From: Hormiphora californensis
Lineage: Eukaryota; Animalia; Ctenophora
Direction: 5' to 3'
Length of the DNA stretch: 64,000 nucleotides
NCBI GenBank assembly: GCA_020137815.1
Contig: CM035357.1
Location: 3,038,001 to 3,102,000 of the forward strand
A program made the translations under genes and the position numbers. Below, one piece after another: positions 1-64,000 of the stretch. The first letter of the stretch is position 1. Each line of letters begins with the position of its first letter. Below the pieces are notes generated by a model. It ran no database searches. It had not been told where the DNA came from and saw only the letters and a list, made by a program, of their open reading frames with translations.

Positions 1-635
1 TGGAATGCTGATTGCGGGACCGCATGAGTGTGAACGAGGTATTTGGAAAGCAGACGAATGAACACCACCTCGCTGATGATCTCAATACTGATACATGAAG
101 GTGCGAAGCAAACCCCAAACAAACTAAACTATTGCGGGAAGAGAAAAGGGTTGTTGAGTAAGGGGTGGGACTCAACAAGAAACGAGGTGGGTGACCTGTC
201 AGAGCATTGGCCTGACCCATTCTCGTTTCTCTCAAGAGAACTGTGGTCAGAGCATTGGCCAATGGCCTGACAGTGGGTGACTCAACAACAACTATTGCGG
301 GAAGGGAAAAGTATACTGTTGCGGGAAGAGAAAAGGGATCACACTGATCTTGTGGTACGGGACATTCCATTCTCCGTGAGAGATCTCTGGGCCTAATATA
401 ATCATTGTTTGAAGGACCTCTAATCTTGGGATATATCCACATATTTATTGTGGGCAGATTATAAATCCGGCATCCATATGAAGAATCGTTGTAGGTAATC
501 TATCTTGGAACATAAATCAGAAGTGGATGTTTTCCTGAATGAAAATGATTTGATAGGAAAGTGAAAAAATTTCAATATGATCAGTGACCAAATTGTGTCT
601 GCTTCCACAACATTGCCTCCTCTCGACAGTGCCCA

Positions 636-3600
636 GTGTTTTACACATTTTACGGGAGTTCACACTTTACCTTTGATAAGGTACACGTGGTCCCCATTGG
701 ACGCTCCAAACTTGTCTCATATAAGACTGTCCTCTCCGCACCGGGCCGTGTAGTATATCTCGTGTTCGCGATGTATAACAGTCAGTGCCTGACAACTCCA
801 AACGGGGCGCTCGTGAGATCCTGGGAAGAGGCAAGCACGTTACCAAAAGTGAGCATATGATAAACACTGCCAAACATCACGGTAATAATTGCACATCTGC
901 AGTAGAATCACTGTCACAATCAACCAGCTGCGTAGATACGATATTCACTTCTCAATTTGTGTTCAATTGTTACTATTCTCGAATAGTTTTTGAAGCTGAT
1001 GCAATGGACAAGACAGGAAACAGTTGCAGAATTTCAGCGTCTTTTGTGACATCTTCACTAAGCAATGAAGTTGTTACTTTTTCTCCTCGAAAAGAGTTCG
1101 GTGGATTTGCTTGGCAGATAGGATCGCTACTGAAGGATGGAGATGTTGAAGTTACCCTAACTTGTGAACCAACGGAAACCACACCAGATCTAGAAGAATG
1201 GGTCTGCAAAGCAACAATCGATGTGACTGAAACTACATCTGGACTGATGAAAAAACAAACATTCCGGTTTAATGCTGATTCACCCACTACAGATGCTATT
1301 CTTGTGAACAGCGTGGCCTTGACCGAAAATTTTACCATTCAAGTCAGCCTTCTTGTCGAACTAAGTGTTGTAGCTAGATCAATGGCTCCGGTGCTATACA
1401 ATCAAGTTTATTTCAGTCGGCTATTAAGGGATTTTCCAATTTCCTTTAATTGTACTAATAGTACACCAACGCAGCTAGTACGTATCAGATTCGAAAAAAA
1501 TGGTGAAACATGTGAAATCATGGGATGTAGATCTCCTGATAACCTGTTTTTAAGTTTCTCGACCGAAAAAGAAGATCGTAAAGCGACCAGTAACAGTAAA
1601 CTTATAATAATTTTGATACACGACAAGGCAAATGAAACCGTAAGATCGAAGTTGGAAAGTGTGGATTCGGGTGTGAATATCGTTTTCGAGAACATTAGAG
1701 ATTTTAGTGAACAGTCAGTGATCACATTTGTTATACTAGACCAACAATCTCAACTGGATGTCGAACATTCCAGGCCATTCAACTTTGGGAGAGATAACAT
1801 TTCTACTTCAGCCCACGGAAATGCCGGCTTTATCCTGAGAGACAGCACCACCATTCCTTTAAACTCCTACATTCTGGCGTATAATTCTCCAGTGCTAAAG
1901 AATCTAATCGAAGAGGTGGGGGAGAAAGACCACGATGTTACCGACTTTGAACCTGCATCAGTTCGAATTTTCGTTGATGCTTGTTACTCGGGAAGTCTGG
2001 AGAAACTGAGCGATTCGACGGAGTTCAATGTCTTTAATGACCTGGTAAAAATGGTAGCCGTGTTCCAAGTTAAGTGGGCGGAGAGGGAATGTCTTCGCTT
2101 CTACAGAAACCATTTACCAAAGTCATCGGATGATTTTACCGCCTATTGGAATTACGCTCTTCTAGCACTTGATAACTCAGTGAAACACAAAAGTCACAAG
2201 TTTCTAAATCATCTTTTATCTTGCGTCCCGGAAAAGGACTTTCAGTTCCACTTTCCTGAGCTCCTCGCCGAAACAACAAAGAGGTCACATCTCGACCTCG
2301 TTATGGCCATGGCAGTTGAATTTGATATGGTTCATGAGTTCCTACACCAAGTCCTTACGATGCTGATGATTAAATTTAAGATCCCATTACTCGAGTACTT
2401 TTTGGAGACATTCAACTTTTCTCTGTGTGATGAACCAACAATGAAACGACTGGCATCAGCCGTGACGAAGTGTACTACCACCGAAATATCCTGTCAGTTT
2501 CTAACTGCAATTAAAGGGACTGGTGAAGATGAAGTGAAAGAAGCGGTGAAGGAAGATGGAACCCTAGCTGATGTAGCTAGAAATGAATGGATTAGGGGAG
2601 AATCTAAAAGCTGGCCATGTAATCAAATACGACCCTTCTCGGTGACAAGATGGAAGTTCAAAGAGTAGATTGTTAAAACTATTGAATGAGATAATGCTAT
2701 CACGTTGAGTCTCAACAAGATTTGACCTAAACATTTAATTAATTAATTAATTAATTATATGAGATTCTTTTAAATGAATGGTTGAATTCTGTGACGCTGT
2801 GTTGCTTGGTTGACGGTTGTTTAACTTTAGGTGTTTATAAAATTGTAGTTACGATTATGTAGTTATATGTAAAAAATATTTATTCTTTGGTTTTTTTACT
2901 TTGTATTCAACTGGCATCAACTAGGTTACTATATAATTCACACAATAAGTACAGGAAATGTTCACTTGTTTCAACTCTTCCTTGGGAACCCAGGTGGACT
3001 GTGCCTTGTAAGTACACAATCAATTAATCATCCTATCCCACTTCAAAACTCTCCCTACTTCTTCCCTGTCAGGTAAATGCTCTGACCGCGGTTCTCAATT
3101 CTCACACTCCACTGAGAAAAGGGTTCAAGGCCAATACAATGCTCTGACAGCTCCTTCCACAGGGGGCAGTGCTACGCTGGCATCCTGGGAAGTGGGTGCG
3201 GATTTTGTGACCCACGCGATCCCACATGCCACTTGTGTTATACTTCTGGATGTAATTCCCCGTAAGTAGAGTAACAGTCAACATATATCTCAGTTTCAGG
3301 CTTGATATCAGTACTGTCTCTCATCTCTTTTCACTAATTGCCAATTTAATCCCCATTTAGGGTCCCTTCTACCACCCCACCGGCCTTGGTTCCCGAACAA
3401 CCTTCCAACGACACAGATCCTGTCCTCACACCGCCTCTCAATCAAAAATTTCTCACTGACTTTTGGTGTGGAGTATTTCTGGGGTTTTCAGTGGCGATTG
3501 TTATCGGGTTTTTGATTAGTTGGTCCTGCCGAAGATACTGTACTAAATCACGCCAACCGCTTCCTACCTCTCTCGCCCTGGGGCTGGTAAATTTCAACCT

Positions 3601-3655
3601 GGATTCTACACAGGGACTAATAAATGATGATGAAGAAATTACCATCCCAATCTAG
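636..3655 (+). CDS. Multi-exon small type I membrane protein with Cys-rich ectodomain (5' end uncertain)
   Basis: Phase-compatible GT-AG chain ~636-680 | 2994-3007 | 3163-3261 | 3361-3655 gives ..FDK-VDCAL-GQCYAGILGSGCGFCDPRDPTCHLCYTSGCNSP-VPSTTPP.., then the TM segment FWCGVFLGFSVAIVIGFLISW and a short tail. The CxxC....CN signature is typical of DUF753/three-finger-like modules. The link to the 636-680 exon is the weakest part. Confidence 0.55.
785..2668 (+). CDS. Intronless BTB/POZ-domain protein with MATH-like N-terminal beta domains
   Basis: 627-codon open frame, first ATG at 857. BTB-like segment GFILRDSTTIPLNSYILAYNSPVLKNLI..DVTDFEPASVRIFVDACYSG..MVAVFQVKW. The N-terminal FSPRKEFGGFAWQI resembles the start of a MATH domain. 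Confidence 0.72.
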   Translation: MPDNSKRGAREILGRGKHVTKSEHMINTAKHHGNNCTSAVESLSQSTSCVDTIFTSQFVFNCYYSRIVFEADAMDKTGNSCRISASFVTSSLSNEVVTFSPRKEFGGFAWQIGSLLKDGDVEVTLTCEPTETTPDLEEWVCKATIDVTETTSGLMKKQTFRFNADSPTTDAILVNSVALTENFTIQVSLLVELSVVARSMAPVLYNQVYFSRLLRDFPISFNCTNSTPTQLVRIRFEKNGETCEIMGCRSPDNLFLSFSTEKEDRKATSNSKLIIILIHDKANETVRSKLESVDSGVNIVFENIRDFSEQSVITFVILDQQSQLDVEHSRPFNFGRDNISTSAHGNAGFILRDSTTIPLNSYILAYNSPVLKNLIEEVGEKDHDVTDFEPASVRIFVDACYSGSLEKLSDSTEFNVFNDLVKMVAVFQVKWAERECLRFYRNHLPKSSDDFTAYWNYALLALDNSVKHKSHKFLNHLLSCVPEKDFQFHFPELLAETTKRSHLDLVMAMAVEFDMVHEFLHQVLTMLMIKFKIPLLEYFLETFNFSLCDEPTMKRLASAVTKCTTTEISCQFLTAIKGTGEDEVKEAVKEDGTLADVARNEWIRGESKSWPCNQIRPFSVTRWKFKE

Positions 3656-3898
3656 ATTCCCATTTTTGAGGTTGAGATAAAAGTGTTTGCATTTCCTTTT
3701 AATTGACAATTGTGTGTCCATTTACCAATACCTCTTCGTCGCAGAGTAGCCGACATTGTGTCTCTGCCTGTCAGTGTCTCCGGCCTTCTTCGGTGTCAGT
3801 GACGCCGAGGAGTGAAGACCAGTGACGCTGGTCGCTGATCTTAGCGTAAAAACTCGGTCTGGTGTCTGGTGTTTTTCTTGCAATAACTCGGTAATATA

Positions 3899-5200
3899 GT
3901 TAGGGGCGGGAAGCCGAATATCGGCCATGAATGGGAAAATCAATGCAACAAGCTGATTTCTTCACCAATGTGTCCCCAATGGTGTCCTTTATTACCAAAA
4001 AAAAGTGTAACATCCGGCTCGGAGTGGAACATGCTCAAAATTTAGAAAAACCATATGGGCGTGGTCGAGCATGGGAAATTTTTTTACCATCAACCTAAAT
4101 GGAAAAACGAGGGCACTAGAATGTGCAGAATCATCGCATTAGTGGGGGTAGGTGCCGGAATTAAGTCTCTATCTCATCCGGTTAATTAGATAATTGGATA
4201 ATTCGGTTTGCACATAATTTTCCTTTGGTTATATGGCTATAGCCACTTAGGAAAGGAGTAGAGACAAAACCGAGGGCACTAAAATGATCAGCGTTCTCGA
4301 ATTAGTGGGGGTAGGTGCTGGAATTAAGTCTTTATCTCATTCGGGTAATTAGATAATTGGATAATTAGGTTTGTGCATAACCGTTTTTTGGCTATATGGC
4401 TATAGCCACTTAGGAATGGTTTAGAGACTTTTCATTGGTGCCATTTTGTAGGTAATGGTCAAGTTATGGGGGGTCGACGTCGGACTATTAAGCTCTATCT
4501 TCAACCGTTTAGCCGTTATTTGACTTTAAAGGTGCTCAAAATGAGCAAAAAACGGTAAAAAGCCCGATTTAGAGCACCTTTAAAGTCAAATAGCGGCTAA
4601 ACGGTTGAAGATAGAGCTTAAAAGTCCGACGTCGACCCCTCATAACTTGGCTATTGCCTACAAAATGGCACCAGTGAAAAGTCTCTAAACCATTCCTAAG
4701 TGGCTATAGCCATATAGCCAAAAAACGGTTATGTGCAAACCTAATTATCCAATTATCTAATTACCCGAATGAGATAGAGACTTAATTCCAGTACCTACCC
4801 CCACTAATTCGAGGACGCTGATCATTTTAGTTCCCTCGGTTTTGTCTCTACTCCTTTCCTAAAAGGCTATAGCCATATAACCAAAGGAAAATTATGCGCA
4901 AACCTAATTATCCAATTATCTAATTAACCGGATGAGATAGAGACTTAATTCCGGCACCTACCCCCACTAATGCGATGATTCTGCACATTCTAGTGCCCTC
5001 GTTTTTCCATTTAGGTTGATGGTAAAGAAATTTCCCACGCTCGACCACGCCCATATGGTTTTTCTAAATTTTGAGCATGTTCCACTCCGAGCCGGATGTT
5101 ACACTTTTTTTTGGTAATAAAGGACACCATTGGGGACACATTGGTGAATAAATCAGCTTGTTGCATTGATTTTCCCATTCAGGCTGGTCTAGCCCCTAAC
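3899..5200. mobile_element. 1.3 kb foldback (palindromic) non-autonomous DNA element, TA target site
   Basis: Arms ~3929-4537 and ~4572-5180 are near-perfect reverse complements. Termini GTTAGGGGC..GCCCCTAAC are flanked by TA. Each arm has an internal ~165 bp duplication. Confidence 0.85.
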
Positions 5201-5668
5201 TAATATGTTTGATGAGGTTATCAAATTAAGAATCGAGAGACTAGAAGGCGGAAGCGGAAAAGACAGATCGAGACGGAGATTTTTTGATCGGGCGACAGGC
5301 AGGTTTTGAAATTTTGTGAAGCTTTTTTTACATGTTCATGTTGCAGGAAGTTTATGCTGCGCAATTTCCGAAAACCTACGCGCAGCAGTGCATTGACCTA
5401 AAACTCGCGGTGGCATTCAAGTTAAAAATAAGTTCAACAGGGCTAAGTCAGTAAATCAAAATGAGGTGCTGTGTAATTTCACCTGACGGTGAATGAACAA
5501 ACTGATACTCACCATATTGTTGAAAGGTATCAAATCTATTTGTTACATATTCTTCACTTCTATAATTATTTACATTTAATGATTATGGTTTACATTTATT
5601 TTATGGACAGTGGATATTAAATTTACAAAATACAGTTTTTCTCTATCTCTTTTTCCATCTCTCAGTCT

Positions 5669-61613
<55,945 letters not shown>

Positions 61614-62274
61614 GGTGCCTAGAGAGAGAGAGGTGGTGGAGTTAGCGGAGGTAAGGTTGGGTAGTATAGGCGGCAAGGGAGAGGTGGTGGAGTTAGTGGA
61701 GATAAGGGCGCCTGTAGTAAGGGCGAGGTGGTGGAGTTAGACAATGTATGGCGCCTAGAGAGAGTTTTGTGCTCATCTGGGAGCGACTTTGAGGCATGGT
61801 GCCTAGAGAGAGAGAGGTGGTGGAGTTAGCAGAGTTGGGTAGTATCTGGCAGTAAGGTAGAGGGGTTTGATCATTGTAAGGAAATGGTTTAAACACATTA
61901 AAGAAACAATTCGGGGAAAAAAGTTATTGATCAATCACTAATTTAAATTTCTTTCAATATAAAAATCCAATTTTCGTGTCAAAAAATAAATTAATGATCA
62001 AATACTAAAAGTTATTAATCAATCACTAATTTATAATTCTTTCAATATGAAAATCAAATTTTCGGGTCAAAAAATAAATTAATGAAAAATTAAATAAGCT
62101 AAGGTGTTCATAAAATAATTTAAACGGTGAGATGATATACATCATGATCAAAAAACAATGTCATTACAATTTGCACCCAGAAGCGCATACACTTTTTGGT
62201 ATCCCCCTCACACTATGAAGGAAGTTTAAACAGCAGCTGTCTGCCACCGCGACCCCATCTGAGCGCCGCCAAAC

Positions 62275-63109
62275 CCCGGTGCCCAGATATTGCAAATACC
62301 CAAGAGTTAAATGCCCTTAATTTGGCAGCAAATTAAAGGCGAGGCAGCATATTGGACAAGCTGCCTAGTAGTCAGCAGTTCAATAAATATCGCTGTCGGC
62401 AGTAATAAATGTACTGGGGGCCAGGGCTTAATCTTTATAAATCATTTAGAAAGTTTTTAAAAAAGTGTCCCACCCGGGATCGGTCGGGAATCGAACCCGG
62501 GCCTCACGCGTCAGAGTGGAGGCAGCACAGGCAGCACAAATTTACCCCATATTTACATAGAAAATTTAGCCTCATTTTATGCAATATTAGTTTTACTTTT
62601 CCGGCTATTATATTCCAAGGAGTATTCCAAACACGAATATGAAGGAAATAAACAAATTAAACGTCACAAATTTTCTTAATCCTTCTGCTGCCTCGGGTAC
62701 CATTATTTACCGTTTTTTGGCTATTCCCGCCCTTCTACCCATCCAATTTGGTAATATTCGGTGCAGGGACATCCACAGTATCGATAAACAAGTGCCTAAA
62801 CCGATAAACGGGGGAAAACGGTAAAACTTAGCATGATATAGAAGGCAGCACGAGGCAGCACGTATTTAGCTTAATTAAGAAAGATCCGTGCTGCCGGCAG
62901 CACGAGTTCGATTCCCGACCGGGCCCGGGTGGGACAATTTTTTTTAAATTTTTTCAAACTTTATAAATGATTTATAAATGATTTCTAAAAACTTTCTAGA
63001 CATTTATTTTACTAGGCAGCAAAATCGTCGATTTTTGGGACAAAGTTGGCAGCATATTTGACTTTTGAAAATCGTATTTATCTAAAATTTTGAAAATCCG
63101 GGCACCGGG
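62275..63109. mobile_element. Non-autonomous DNA transposon with 8 bp TSD (hAT/P/Merlin-size duplication)
   Basis: TIR CCCGGTGCCC/GGGCACCGGG; TSD CGCCAAAC at 62267-62274 and 63110-63117; internal IR 62465-62495 / 62905-62937; many GGCAGCA motifs. Confidence 0.88.
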
Positions 63110-63708
63110 CGCCAAACAGCAACCAGTTTACCAGGTTACATCATTCCTCAGTTTCCACTGATGAAGGTTCCACACACTGGACGTGAAGCCGAACCCAATG
63201 GCGGCCAGGGTTAGGAAATATCTGTTGGGTTTTCCTGCGTACATTTTGGGATAGAATGGCAGGTTTCCACCGCAAACCTTCTTGCTCAGATGGTAGGCTC
63301 CCATATTGCTAGGTAAATCTTGTTTTTGTTAGTTTGGTCACGAAAAAAACGCGAAGCTATATTTAGAAATTTCATAAAGAATATCTATCAGGTGAATCAA
63401 GAAATTGTAATGGATCACTGGTTCCCCAACGATCAATACAGAGGAATATATGTATAACATGTGTCATATATGGCCATCTGTCATCACCATGCAATCTCTC
63501 TCACTACATAATCTCTACAACATACCCGGATGAGCAAAATCAGTATTGGTGAGACTTCCCTAAGAGGGCCATTTACTAGCAAAGCAGCTGTAAACTTCTT
63601 ACTTCTCGCGAATTGCTAGGGCTAAAAAGTACAACCGTCAACCCCGTGTGCTTTTTCGTTAAAGTGTTTCGGTTGGAGCCGGTTATCATCTAGTGATTTC
63701 TGGAATAG

Positions 63709-63972
63709 TGAACCATAATAAGTTCAAGAGCGTCCAAGAGCGCACCCCATCCAGAAGAGACCATATCCAAGAGTTCATTGAAGTGAGAAGATGCCACTCC
63801 AAGAGTGGTATCTTTTGGTTGTGGAGCTCTCTTGGAGTGGTCTCTTCTGGATGTGGTTCGCTCTTGGAATGGTATCTTTTGGTTGTGGAGCTCTCTTGGA
63901 GTGGTCTCTTCTGGATGTGGTGCACTCTTGGATGTGATGCGCTCTTGGCCTCTTGAACTTTATTATGGTTCA
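63709..63972. mobile_element. MITE with CCAAGAG-rich internal repeats
   Basis: TGAACCATAATAAGTTCAAGAG / CTCTTGAACTTTATTATGGTTCA, plus an internal ~68 bp tandem duplication. Confidence 0.7.
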
Positions 63973-64000
63973 ATGTATGAGTCAACTAAACCAATGAACA

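Noticed and set aside
62465-62520. tRNA gene (B-box GGTTCGATTCCC on minus)
   Set aside because: No complete cloverleaf; it is one arm of an internal inverted repeat of the 62275-63109 element.
63686-63985. 99 aa ORF as an upstream CFAP54 exon
   Set aside because: It coincides with a MITE and its internal tandem repeat.

Overview
Eukaryotic (animal) genomic DNA, intron-rich and dense in microsatellites and MITEs; the repeat content suggests a ctenophore, but this is unverified. The backbone is one ~56 kb minus-strand gene, CFAP54 (ATG ~61613, stop 5669, ~37 exons traced by splice phase). Its ~19.8 kb intron (17818-37641) holds a ~14 kb Polinton/Maverick endogenous virus (23418-37364) with pPolB, RVE integrase-chromodomain, A32 ATPase, adenain protease, major and minor capsid genes and a QxGxG core protein. 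Two things about the element are unusual. First, its core is an ~11.1 kb unit with a 1.2 kb direct terminal redundancy, so it looks circularly permuted. Second, its inverted arms carry a PPP1R15 (GADD34/CReP/ICP34.5/DP71L)-like ORF. Another CFAP54 intron holds an antisense GT4 glycosyltransferase gene. At the left end, an intronless MATH/BTB ORF appears nested in a small Cys-rich membrane-protein gene. Tandem repeats repeatedly amplify CFAP54 splice sites. Several highly structured non-autonomous elements are present: foldbacks, cloverleaf elements, a Helentron-type element, and Kolobok-type, Tc1/mariner-type and 8-bp-TSD MITEs. Scattered 1-nt indels, found even in host exons, suggest long-read consensus errors. 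All homology calls come from motif recognition and recalled sequences, not from database searches.
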